This document shows positions 50,796 to 59,920 of a stretch of DNA of 64,000 bases, piece after piece. Origin of the DNA: Candidatus Woesearchaeota archaeon (lineage in GTDB: Archaea; Nanobdellota; Nanobdellia; Woesearchaeales; UBA583). The DNA lies in the NCBI GenBank assembly GCA_965205335.1, contig OZ242164.1, positions 608,001 to 672,000 of the forward strand. Direction: 5' to 3'. The notes below the pieces were generated by a model that did not search any database, had not been told where the DNA came from, and saw only the letters and a program-made list of their open reading frames with translations. Positions within the stretch are counted from its first letter, which is position 1. Each line of letters starts with the position of its first letter. Position numbers and translations under genes: made by a program.

Positions 50796-51083
50796 ATGAA
50801 AAGAGTTGGGGGATTTAGAAGAAAATCCAGACATAAGATGAGAAAATCTATCTCAGAGAAAGGAAAACTGCACATTAGCAGATTCCTTGGGACATTTGAA
50901 CTAGAAGATAGAGTACTTTTAAAAGCATACTCAAGTTATCAGAAAGGATTATTCTGCCTAAGATTTCACGGGAAAATCGGTGAAATAGTAGGAAAAATAG
51001 GCAAATGCTACAAAGTCCAAATAAAAGATGGAAACCAAAAAAAAGAATGCATTGTTCATCCCGTCCATCTAATTAAAGTTTAG
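50796..51083 (+). CDS. rpl21e: 50S ribosomal protein eL21
   Basis: GFRRKSRHKM, RFHGKIG, VHPVHL. Confidence 0.96.
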   Translation: MKRVGGFRRKSRHKMRKSISEKGKLHISRFLGTFELEDRVLLKAYSSYQKGLFCLRFHGKIGEIVGKIGKCYKVQIKDGNQKKECIVHPVHLIKV

Positions 51084-51102
51084 AATCTTAAAAAAATCAA
51101 AA

Positions 51103-51447
51103 ATGAGCAATTACGAAATACTTTCAAAAGAACCAATATCAAACACGCAAGTTAAGAGCATAATCTCTAAAAAAGCAAAAGAAACAGAAGAATTAACATA
51201 TAGAGAAAAGAAAACAAAAGATTACCTAAAAACCTATACTAAATTAAAACTATCAGACTTTAAAAAAGCAAGAGAAGAATTATTAACATTAGAAATCCGA
51301 AGAATTGAAGAAAAACACATAATAAAAATATTAGACATAATGCCTAAAAACGGAACAGAACTTCGTGCTATTGTCTCACACTCAGGCATGGTCTTTGTCG
51401 ATGAAAGTGTTGAAAAAATATTAGAAGTTCTCAAAAAATACAGATAG
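51103..51447 (+). CDS. rpo4: RNA polymerase subunit Rpo4 (RpoF)
   Basis: ELTYREK..YL and KILDIMP...ELRAI; conserved rpl21e-rpoF-DUF655 order. Confidence 0.9.
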   Translation: MSNYEILSKEPISNTQVKSIISKKAKETEELTYREKKTKDYLKTYTKLKLSDFKKAREELLTLEIRRIEEKHIIKILDIMPKNGTELRAIVSHSGMVFVDESVEKILEVLKKYR

Positions 51448-51507
51448 AACTCCCAATTTTAACAAATATTTATAAATTTCTAAGTCCAAGAATTATAATA
51501 ATAAAAA

Positions 51508-52068
51508 ATGAATGAAGAAGAATCTAAAGAAAAAGGGAAAGAAGAATACGCCATAATATTAGATATTGTTACAGATTCCCCTAACTCATTCAAAAACCAA
51601 GAAATAGCTCAGGCAGTCGGTACTAACTCATACACACTCTTAGAACTCGTTCCAAAACAAGGGGTTATCCTAAAATCAGGACAGAAAGTGTATATAGGAG
51701 ATGGAAAAAGAGATGAAATACAATACATTAAAAGGGCACTCTTTCCAAGCAAACTATCCCCAAGTTCAAAATCAGAATTAATATTTGCAATAACTGATAT
51801 TATATGTGAAAAAGAAAAGGAATTTATAAATTTCTTCAATTCAGCAGGTCCAATCACAATAAGAAAGCACTCTCTTGAACTAATATCAGGAATTGGTAAA
51901 AAACACTTACATGACTTAATATGTGAAAGAGACTCAAAACCATTCTCATCATTTGAAGATATTAAAAAAAGATGTCAATTCATCCCAGACCCTGCCAAAT
52001 CAATTGCCCAAAGAATAGTTGATGAAATTGAAGGAAAAGATGATTTCAAATTCTTTACAAGAAAATAA
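51508..52068 (+). CDS. DUF655 nucleic-acid-binding protein
   Basis: EEYAIILD, TLLEL, VYIGDGKRD, HSLELISGIGKK. Confidence 0.93.
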   Translation: MNEEESKEKGKEEYAIILDIVTDSPNSFKNQEIAQAVGTNSYTLLELVPKQGVILKSGQKVYIGDGKRDEIQYIKRALFPSKLSPSSKSELIFAITDIICEKEKEFINFFNSAGPITIRKHSLELISGIGKKHLHDLICERDSKPFSSFEDIKKRCQFIPDPAKSIAQRIVDEIEGKDDFKFFTRK

Positions 52069-52074
52069 ATCCAA

Positions 52075-53457
52075 CTAACTCTTCCTTCTCTTAGACTTTA
52101 ATCTCAAATACACATAATGCAAAGGATTTTTTGATTTCCTATTTCTAAACTTATTTATATCCTCATCTACTATCTCCTGAGGAACTCCTATCCCGAAATA
52201 ATAATTAGCATTACTAAAATTAGGAGGAGATAAAACCTTGCTTTGAGCCTTAAACCACAACATCTGAGCCATTAGATAATTAGACTTTAAAGGATTGCTC
52301 TGCTTATCATTCCACTCCTTAACAACCTTTTCAACTGTTTCAATATCCCATTTAACTGATGTTAAAAAAGTCATAAGCAAAAACAAAGCTCTCTTTCTCC
52401 CATCCTCAAACTTATTACTTAAAACATACTGAATTGTTCTTGGAAAATCAGAAACTTTAACATCCTCTGTTATCTCAAATGCAAAACCCTCTCCCCTTCC
52501 TTTCAGACTATTCTCATATTCCAAATTCATCTTATCATACATATAATCCTCATCAGAATAAACCCTCTCAAGCAAAACCCTTCCATCCTGCCCATACCCA
52601 GAATCATATCTCAGAAACTCAAATTCCTTATTAGATGAAGGATTTACTATTTGGGGCTTTGCCATATCCTTATCAAACTCCATTACCTTATCCTTATCTA
52701 CTGGAACACTAACAAGCCCTGACTTCTCATTTAAAGAATATGGCATCCTAAACAGATGTCTTGAAGTAATCAAAATAGTATCAATATCTATTACCTTCAT
52801 AAAATTAAACTCATTCCTTTTTTCATTGTGCTCTAAACTCCCTTGAGGAATTGAATACCTCTCACAAATTTGCTTGATTGCCCTAATCCCTCCTCCCTCA
52901 TAATCCAAAATAGCTTTCGAAATCCTTGATTTAAGTTCATGTATTAAAAACAAAACTGTCTTCTTTGCCATATCCGGAAAGAGTAAACGAGTTTGGGAAA
53001 TTCCTGAAACCAAGCCAGGTGCTTCTGGTGGAAAAGCCTCAAAAGGAATTCCAATATGAAAACCTTTATTTCCTGAGAACTTAACTGTAACATTTTTAAT
53101 GCCAATTCCTTCAAAATAATCAAGAATAACTCTTGCAAAAAGTTTTGAATAAATAAAATCCACCCCATCCAAATCAAGAATTAAATCCCAGCCAGTTCTA
53201 TTCTTATTCTTTTCATCTTGGGGTAATCTATCATTTCCCAAAAGAAGAGGATTTGCCCATCTCTCCTCACTGCAATGAAAAGAAAAAACTCCCTTCCTGA
53301 CAAGACTTCTAACATCAGAAACATATTCTATAACATCAGGTCTTTTCCCAAAAAAACCATCAAACATAACACCAATCTCACGATCTTTTGCAAAACTTAA
53401 AATAGCCTTCTCAATTTCAGGTCTGCTATAATAATTCCTTGCAAGGATTTTGTCCAT
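52075..53457 (-). CDS. priS: Fused DNA primase (PriS catalytic domain + PriL/PriX-like C-terminus), DPANN type
   Basis: WDLILDLD, KFSGNKGFH, RHLFRMPYSLNEKS; C-terminal DGRKRALF..WN domain. Confidence 0.88.
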   Translation of the reverse strand: MDKILARNYYSRPEIEKAILSFAKDREIGVMFDGFFGKRPDVIEYVSDVRSLVRKGVFSFHCSEERWANPLLLGNDRLPQDEKNKNRTGWDLILDLDGVDFIYSKLFARVILDYFEGIGIKNVTVKFSGNKGFHIGIPFEAFPPEAPGLVSGISQTRLLFPDMAKKTVLFLIHELKSRISKAILDYEGGGIRAIKQICERYSIPQGSLEHNEKRNEFNFMKVIDIDTILITSRHLFRMPYSLNEKSGLVSVPVDKDKVMEFDKDMAKPQIVNPSSNKEFEFLRYDSGYGQDGRVLLERVYSDEDYMYDKMNLEYENSLKGRGEGFAFEITEDVKVSDFPRTIQYVLSNKFEDGRKRALFLLMTFLTSVKWDIETVEKVVKEWNDKQSNPLKSNYLMAQMLWFKAQSKVLSPPNFSNANYYFGIGVPQEIVDEDINKFRNRKSKNPLHYVYLRLKSKRRKS

Positions 53458-53581
53458 ACAAAAATCTGCAATCCCATATTTAAATACTTTATTTATTTCC
53501 TACTCAAATCAACCACAATTTCTTCTAACCGCAAAACCAAAAAAGCACAAAAAATATAAATAAGTGAAAAGTTAAGTATGC

Positions 53582-53925
53582 ATGGCATATACTTATAAAT
53601 TAAAGAACAAGCGAAAAACTGTTTATGTGGGTGTCTCTAAAAGCCCAAAGAAAAGAGCAGTTCAGCATAAAAATGATGGCAAAAAGTTCACAAGTGCTAA
53701 AGTGACTTCAAAAAATTTGCCAAGAAAAAAGGCAGAAGCAAAGGAAACAAGAGATTTAGAAAAACACATGGCAGAAATCCTAAATATAACAAAACATTGA
53801 CCGGAAAAGGGAGAGAAATAAAAGGAAAGTGTCATTACCGAATTAGTGATAAAGGGGTAAAAGAGAATGCCTCAGAAGTGATTAATAGAAACAAAACACT
53901 TCTAAAAAGACTAGCAAAACTATAA
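53582..53925 (+). pseudogene. Frameshifted small GIY-YIG protein running into an antitoxin-like tail
   Basis: AYTY..VYVG..R..H motif; the expected GRNPKYN end is in another frame that continues to ...NKTLLKRLAKL* at 53925. Confidence 0.6.
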
Positions 53926-53927
53926 AT

Positions 53928-54314
53928 ATGAGAATTTCCAAACTTTCTTTTGAAACAATAGTAAAAGTTCATAATGAAATAATTAGAGAAAGTGGAGGAG
54001 AATATGGTGTTTTAAATCCCTCTGCCCTACTCTTTGCTTTAGACCACATAAGTTATAACAATTCAGAAAATAAATTTTATCATAATATTTTTTTATTATG
54101 TAGGAATATAATTTCCCAACATCCATTTATAGATGGAAATAAGAGAACTGGACTTATGATAGTAGAAATCATTCTAAATGATAACAACTTAAGACTAAAA
54201 ATTACCTAAAAACAAAAAGAACTATTTGTTTTAGATGTAGCTCAAGGAAGATTTGACGATTTACAAAGTTTATCTGATTTTTTTATGAAAAATATATCCA
54301 AAAAGTACAAATAA
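53928..54314 (+). pseudogene. Doc/Fic toxin with in-frame TAA at 54207-54209
   Basis: HPFIDGNKRTG motif; the frame continues as KQKELFVLDVAQG.. to a TAA ending at 54314. Confidence 0.85.
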
Positions 54315-54319
54315 AAACT

Positions 54320-55282
54320 TCACTCAACCTTGAAAATCTCCAATGCATCAATTCTCTTATCCAAACCCTCAATCTCTTTTCTCAAATCCTCCAACTCATC
54401 AGAATCACTTGTTACAATATTTAAAAAAAACTCCTCAGAACTAAGACTCTTAATCGCCCTAACTATCCTCTCATTTGAACGCAAAAAAGATGTAATTTTC
54501 AACTCAGTCTCCTTATCCAAAAACTGAAACCTTAATATTGCCGCATACTGATTTAAACCCAACTTATTAAAATTAATAACTGGAATTATCTCTCCTAAAA
54601 TTCCCTGCTCACGCATCCTATCAATCCTGTACTTTACAGTATCCGAACTAATATTTAACCTCTTTGCAATTCCTTTGTACTGAGTTCTTGCATCCGACTC
54701 TAACTGATTAATAATCTCTCTGTCCTTCTCATCCATCTGTACAATATCCCCTGTCTTAATAACCTTAAAATCATTATCTCTCGTATACTCCTCATCAAAC
54801 ACCTCTCTTGCAAGAGTTTCCCTCTGCGACTCCTTTACCTCCTCAGAACTGATAATAGTATAATAATTTGCCAAAACATCTGAAAACTTCTCAAGAATCT
54901 CTGAAAGCTTCAACTTAAACTCATCAACAGACTCCGCATACAACCTTACAATCAAATCCCATCCCTTTTGAGACTTAACAATCCATATAAGATACTTATT
55001 CCCAATATTTTCCCTGATAAACTTCTCCTTAGAAACCTCATCATCCAAATTCAACTTAAGAAAAATAATATACTCCTGATAATGAAGTGCCTTCTCATTA
55101 AGCTTTGGCACAAACTTAACAATCAAATTCTCCTTAATCAATCTCTTTATTCTATAATTAACAATCTCCCTACCCAAATCAATTTCCTTAGAAATACTTG
55201 AAGAACTTGCCCTGCCATCCTCAAGCAATCTCTTTAAAATAAGCACATCTTTCTCTGTAATAATAGAATTCTTCCTGTCCAT
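54320..55282 (-). CDS. Tandem-duplicated Lrp/AsnC family transcriptional regulator
   Basis: Two HTH+RAM units (DVLILKRLLEDGR..YRIKRL; DREIINQLESDAR..YRIDRM). Confidence 0.92.
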   Translation of the reverse strand: MDRKNSIITEKDVLILKRLLEDGRASSSSISKEIDLGREIVNYRIKRLIKENLIVKFVPKLNEKALHYQEYIIFLKLNLDDEVSKEKFIRENIGNKYLIWIVKSQKGWDLIVRLYAESVDEFKLKLSEILEKFSDVLANYYTIISSEEVKESQRETLAREVFDEEYTRDNDFKVIKTGDIVQMDEKDREIINQLESDARTQYKGIAKRLNISSDTVKYRIDRMREQGILGEIIPVINFNKLGLNQYAAILRFQFLDKETELKITSFLRSNERIVRAIKSLSSEEFFLNIVTSDSDELEDLRKEIEGLDKRIDALEIFKVE

Positions 55283-55471
55283 CCTATCAAATATTTAGAG
55301 AATTTTATTTATAAACCCTTCTATATACCACCAAATAAACAATTCAACTTCAAAACAAAAGAACAATAAAAAACTACTCACAATAAACCAACTCACATTA
55401 CATCTTTGCCACAAAACCTCTGCCCTACCCTCCCATTCACTTTTTTACCTTCTTAACTAACCCTTCAAAAC

Positions 55472-55481
55472 TTTTATAAAA
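55472..55481 (+). promoter_or_regulatory. TATA box of the SRP RNA gene
   Basis: TTTTATAAAA about 25-30 bp upstream of the RNA 5' stem. Confidence 0.6.
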
Positions 55482-55502
55482 ACAAAAATCTTAACTTCTA
55501 CA

Positions 55503-55651
55503 AGGCCAGTCCTGACAGATAAGGTAGAAGCTCTGCCTCCTATGGCTTATTTTTAAGTGAACTGTGTCAGATGGGGAACCAAGCATCACTAAACTTATCT
55601 CTGAGTGCTTAGGAATCGTGGGGTGGACGATGCTGACAGGGTAGCTGGCCT
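55503..55651 (+). ncRNA. ffs: Signal recognition particle RNA, minimal 4.5S-like form
   Basis: Helix-8 motif GAAC-TGTG-TCAG-ATGG-GGAA-CCA-AGCA-TCAC; GC-rich island closed by AGGCCAGT/GCTGGCCT. Confidence 0.85.
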
Positions 55652-55749
55652 AACTTAAAAATTCTAAACTCACACATCACAGACCTTAAACAAATTTATC
55701 TCTACTAAAATAACAAAACAATTACACAAAAAATTACAAAAAGAAAAAA

Positions 55750-56490
55750 TTATCTCTTAAACAAACCACCTAAATCACTTGGCAAAAATATAAATTTCTG
55801 AGAAGCATCCGATGAAATATCATTAATTGTCTGAAGAGTTCTCAACTGCATTGCTCCTGGATACTTACTTAACATTGAAGCCGCCTTTGCTAAATTCTGT
55901 GAAGCCTGAACTTCTCCTTCTGACTTGATAATAATTCCTCTTCTCTCTCTTTCAGCTTCTGCTTCTCTTGCCATAACCCTCTTCATATCCTCTGGCAGTT
56001 CAATATGCTTTAACTCTACTCTATCAACCCGCAATCCCCAACTATCAGAAGCCTTATCAATTATAGTCCTGATTTTATCAGAAATTGAATCTCTGTTTGC
56101 AAGCAACTGATCCAAAGTTACCTCACCAACCACATCTCTCATTGTTGTCTGAGACAACTGAGAAATAGCATAATAAAAATCCTCCACATCAAGAATTGAC
56201 TTCTTCACATCAAACACATAATAATACGTTACAGCATCAACATTCATAGACACATTATCCTTTGTAATACAATCCTGTTTTGGAACATCAACTGTCTTAA
56301 CACGAATATCCACTCTCTCATACGACTGAAAAATCGGAATTACAACATTTAATCCCGGACTCATAATTGATGAGAACCTCCCTAAAGTAAACTTAATCCC
56401 TCTCTCATACTCAAGTATAATCTTAATACCAGATAAAATGAAAAGGACAATTACTACAATAATAAATATAATTATACCATCCATAGCCAT
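55750..56490 (-). CDS. SPFH/band-7 (stomatin-like) membrane protein
   Basis: EYERG, VPKQDCITKDNV, QTTMRDVVG, AEAERERR, QLRTLQT. Confidence 0.95.
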   Translation of the reverse strand: MAMDGIIIFIIVVIVLFILSGIKIILEYERGIKFTLGRFSSIMSPGLNVVIPIFQSYERVDIRVKTVDVPKQDCITKDNVSMNVDAVTYYYVFDVKKSILDVEDFYYAISQLSQTTMRDVVGEVTLDQLLANRDSISDKIRTIIDKASDSWGLRVDRVELKHIELPEDMKRVMAREAEAERERRGIIIKSEGEVQASQNLAKAASMLSKYPGAMQLRTLQTINDISSDASQKFIFLPSDLGGLFKR

Positions 56491-56536
56491 TGTAAAATAC
56501 TTGGATTATAATTATTTATAAACTTTATGTGTTCAA

Positions 56537-56664
56537 GGCTCTGTCCGGAAATTGCTTTTTCCAAAATCTATGCTAACTATATTCAATCAAAGAAAGAAAT
56601 TATTCGTCAAAAGTTGCTTTATTGATACAATATTTTAAGTTCTCTTGAATTTCCGGACAGAGCC
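56537..56664. mobile_element. 128-bp MITE copy A
   Basis: 17-bp TIR GGCTCTGTCCGGAAATT; GTGTTCAA on both sides (56529-56536, 56665-56672). Confidence 0.95.
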
Positions 56665-56672
56665 GTGTTCAA

Positions 56673-57487
56673 GGTTCTGTTCAATTTGAGAGGGATATAT
56701 AATTTTTATAACAAAATATAAAAAGACTAAGTCAATATTATTTGGAGTAACGGGATTATTATTTTTAGGAGGTTGTGAACCACAAACAAAAGGGGAACAA
56801 GTTTTTGAAAGTAGAGGCTCTAATATTACTGATGGGAAAGCAATGATTTATGAGGAAGATGGAAACATAGAACAACCTGAAGACTTGGAGAACAAACAAA
56901 ATAAGGAAGAAAAAGAAAAAATATATTATGATGATTATGGAAATGTTGAAAGAGTAGAATATGGAATATTTAATAGGTATGGAGAATTAGAAGGAGAAGG
57001 AAATATAACATATTACTATGAGAATGGAAATATAAAGGAAGTAAGAGAAGGAACATTTAAAGATGGTTATATTGAAGGAGTAAAAATAACAAAATACTAT
57101 GAGAATGGAAATATATTGTATGTAGGAGAAAGAGCATTTTATGGGTTTGAAAAATTAAGTGGAGAAGGAATAAGTACGTATTATTATAAGAATGGAAATA
57201 AAATGGAAGTAATAGAAGTAGCATTAAATATATTTGGAGGCTTAGAAGGAGAAGGAAAAGTAACAGTTTACTATGAGAATGGAAATATAAAGAAAGTAAT
57301 AGAAGGAACATTAAGAGGTGGAGCATTATCAAAAAGAGGAGATGGTAAGGGTACACTTTATGATGAAGATGGGAATATGATGATGTTTAAGGAATATAGA
57401 AAGGGGATATTAATTAATGAAACAAATTATTAATAAAGATATATTCTGGGAGTTAATTATTAACTACCCCTAAAAACAACCAGTACC
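56673..57487 (+). mobile_element. Transposase-less passenger-gene cassette
   Basis: Degenerate inverted ends GGTTCTG.../...CAGTACC (15/23 match), flanked by (T)GTGTTCAA; G-rich against the local C-rich skew. Confidence 0.6.
56699..57433 (+). CDS. MORN-variant (YwqK-like) repeat protein with lipoprotein signal
   Basis: YYENGNIK repeats; the frame is open upstream of ATG 56843 through KKTKSILFGVTGLLFLGGC; only ATA/ATT start candidates, so the start is uncertain. Confidence 0.7.
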   Translation: MIFITKYKKTKSILFGVTGLLFLGGCEPQTKGEQVFESRGSNITDGKAMIYEEDGNIEQPEDLENKQNKEEKEKIYYDDYGNVERVEYGIFNRYGELEGEGNITYYYENGNIKEVREGTFKDGYIEGVKITKYYENGNILYVGERAFYGFEKLSGEGISTYYYKNGNKMEVIEVALNIFGGLEGEGKVTVYYENGNIKKVIEGTLRGGALSKRGDGKGTLYDEDGNMMMFKEYRKGILINETNY

Positions 57488-57496
57488 TGTGTTCAA

Positions 57497-57624
57497 GGCT
57501 CTGTCCATAAATTCAAGAGAACTTAAAATATTGTATCAATAAAGCAACTTTTGATAAATAATTTCTTTCTTTGATTGGATATATTTAGCATAGATTTTGG
57601 AAAAAACAATTTATGGACAGAGCC
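57497..57624. mobile_element. 128-bp MITE copy B, inverted relative to A
   Basis: 17-bp TIR GGCTCTGTCCATAAATT; GTGTTCAA at 57489-57496 and 57625-57632; 9 differences from A by manual alignment. Confidence 0.95.
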
Positions 57625-57633
57625 GTGTTCAAT

Positions 57634-58110
57634 CTAAATTAATATTATTACAGCCATAACTATCATAACAAGATTCTCAATAATTGTAACATAACTTAAA
57701 GGAACCTTAAAAACAACTCCTAAACAAGCACACTCTAAAATAACTCCCTTTCTAAGCTTGCCAAAAATCCCAATTGTTGTCGATGACAATACAATAATTG
57801 TTATCAAACTTAGAATTTCTATATGATATTCTAACAAAAATAAAACTCCTAAAACAAATTCTATAAAAGGATAAACATAACCATAAAAAACAAAATTCTT
57901 GGAAATTAAATCATATTTTGAAAAACTCTCCTTAAATTTTTTTAAATGTATTACCTTAAAAAATGAAAAGAGTATAAAAAATAATCCCATAAAAATAACC
58001 ATAAAATTTCTTTGACTAACAAATGATACTAAACAACTAATAACAAAAATATACAATAAAAAAATCAGTACAATCCTATATTTAGAAATCAATTCTAACA
58101 AGTTTTTCAT
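57634..58110 (-). CDS. MauE/DoxX family membrane protein
   Basis: FMGLFFILFSFFK, YDLIS, YPFIE, CACLG, IENLVM. Confidence 0.88.
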   Translation of the reverse strand: MKNLLELISKYRIVLIFLLYIFVISCLVSFVSQRNFMVIFMGLFFILFSFFKVIHLKKFKESFSKYDLISKNFVFYGYVYPFIEFVLGVLFLLEYHIEILSLITIIVLSSTTIGIFGKLRKGVILECACLGVVFKVPLSYVTIIENLVMIVMAVIILI

Positions 58111-58316
58111 AATATTAGTTTATATTCTCTTTTTTATAAAATTTCTCTTTCAAAAAATCTTAAATATTCTCAAAATATAAATTCATATGATTTAAACTTT
58201 ACATAACTATACTATGTGGAATAGTATTCTGTAATCTTTCAATAGGTAAAATTTCTATATTAAATAACTTCTAAGTTTACCTAACATTTTATAAACAATT
58301 AAATCAGTTAAATCAT

Positions 58317-59267
58317 ATGGAAGATATTGAATACTGTGCTCCAAAGAAGAAAGAATGGATTGATATGGGGTATGTGGTTTTAGCCCTTTCATTTATGTTT
58401 GCCTTTAGCTTTACACGTTTTAATGATGACACTAACACCGCCTTTGCTCAGGCATTTATTACATTCTTCGTTTTCCTTGCAGTTCTATTTGTATCAAGAC
58501 AAATCTTCATGAAATACTATGCTCTTCTAAATGGCTTTGAAATAAGATTTAATCAGTCAATATTTAACAGATACGGATTTGCATCCTACGATACATTATC
58601 TTATTGGGCACATGAGGCTGAAAAGAAAGTAGGTGAAACCACTTTAGATATTTATGGAAAAGTTAAAAAAAAAACCAAACCTCCCAAGTACAACTTTCAT
58701 AAATTAGAAGGTATTGGTGCATCTATAATTAGTTTATTCATTTATTTATTGACATTAGGTTTTATCATTTACCCAAATATATGGTCTTATAAATTTAAAA
58801 CAATCCCTCATAGATTTGTAGGAACACAAAAAAGATACGAAGTACACATGAGAACATATTTATTTAACGTTGAAGTTACAGATTACCGTAAGAGCCTAAT
58901 ATACATGGCAGGGTTCATATACTATTTCATTTTCGGATATTTACTTAAAGCTTTCTTAGGTGGAACAGGAGAATTTTACCTCTGGTTTGTCTTTGCCTTA
59001 TACTGGATTGCTCTTATCACACTAATTCCAATTCCTGGTTCTGAAGGCTTTGAATTCTGGAGAAGAAATGCTCTTGCATGGATACTAACTCTAACTATCT
59101 TAATTACGGGAATGATTTCACTGCTTGTTTTAAAAAGTTTCTGGTATGTGATTTTATCTGTGCTTTTGGCTTTCTTAATTGTTTTATTCACAAGACTTTG
59201 GAGAAGTCTAATGAAAAAAGAAAGTCTTAGTGAAAGAGGAGAGTGGAAACATCCTAAAAGATACTAA
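58317..59267 (+). CDS. Membrane protein, M50 peptidase-like but lacking HExxH
   Basis: Polytopic; LIPIPGSEG resembles the NLLPxPPLDG motif. Confidence 0.55.
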   Translation: MEDIEYCAPKKKEWIDMGYVVLALSFMFAFSFTRFNDDTNTAFAQAFITFFVFLAVLFVSRQIFMKYYALLNGFEIRFNQSIFNRYGFASYDTLSYWAHEAEKKVGETTLDIYGKVKKKTKPPKYNFHKLEGIGASIISLFIYLLTLGFIIYPNIWSYKFKTIPHRFVGTQKRYEVHMRTYLFNVEVTDYRKSLIYMAGFIYYFIFGYLLKAFLGGTGEFYLWFVFALYWIALITLIPIPGSEGFEFWRRNALAWILTLTILITGMISLLVLKSFWYVILSVLLAFLIVLFTRLWRSLMKKESLSERGEWKHPKRY

Positions 59268-59273
59268 CTAAAG

Positions 59274-59792
59274 ATGAAAAAAACTCAAATATCAACTCAG
59301 ACAATATTTTATATATTTATGGCAATAATTTTTGTAGCCATACTATTCTTTGGGTATCAAAAAATAACTGCTGTTAGTGAAGTAATATCTGAGCAGGAAA
59401 GATTAGAAATAATAGATGAATTAGAAGATGCTTTTGGGTATTGCAATGACCCACTAAATCAAGGAGGAAGAAGAAAATTAGAAATTCCAAGCGATAAATT
59501 CAATTACATATGTATATTTGATGGAGAATTTCCTAACAACACTACATCAAATCCAGAACTATACAGCCAGATTGGTGGAGAAGGTAGTGATCTCTATAAC
59601 GAAGTCAAGTTATTAAATAAAACAGGACATAATGTTGGATTATTCAAATTAGGAATTGGTTCTGAGGGTAAACTTAACACTGAGGATTTTAGGACAATTG
59701 ATTCATTTCATGTTGATTCAGATGGAAACTTTGGACATTGCTTTGGTGAAATTAATAACTCTGGCTCAGTTATTATTGATTTCAATTGCTAA
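59274..59792 (+). CDS. Class III signal peptide (pilin-like) protein
   Basis: MKKTQ followed by a hydrophobic helix, resembling archaeal KK(G/A)Q prepilin signals. Confidence 0.65.
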   Translation: MKKTQISTQTIFYIFMAIIFVAILFFGYQKITAVSEVISEQERLEIIDELEDAFGYCNDPLNQGGRRKLEIPSDKFNYICIFDGEFPNNTTSNPELYSQIGGEGSDLYNEVKLLNKTGHNVGLFKLGIGSEGKLNTEDFRTIDSFHVDSDGNFGHCFGEINNSGSVIIDFNC

Positions 59793-59920
59793 TGTCATCA
59801 TGAATATAATAATCCTAATCTCTCTTTTTAACCAAAAGTACCAATGCAATTGACCAGATTACTTCCAAAAACCTAATTCACAGTAAAAATATTTTTAAAT
59901 AAACTTGTTTTACAAAATAT

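Noticed and set aside
52075-53457. Fused primase as a novelty
   Set aside because: PriS-PriL fusion is already known in DPANN archaea; I used it only as a taxonomic clue.
35486-54209. TAA recoding suggested by in-frame TAA codons at 35486, ~43825 and 54207
   Set aside because: Conserved genes such as tuf, rps10 and lysA end at TAA at the expected positions, so these are nonsense mutations.
55503-55651. Circularly permuted SRP RNA (AGATAAG/CTTATCT pairing with an Alu-like 3' part)
   Set aside because: A simple unpermuted rod fold explains more base pairs and keeps the normal helix 5/8 junction.
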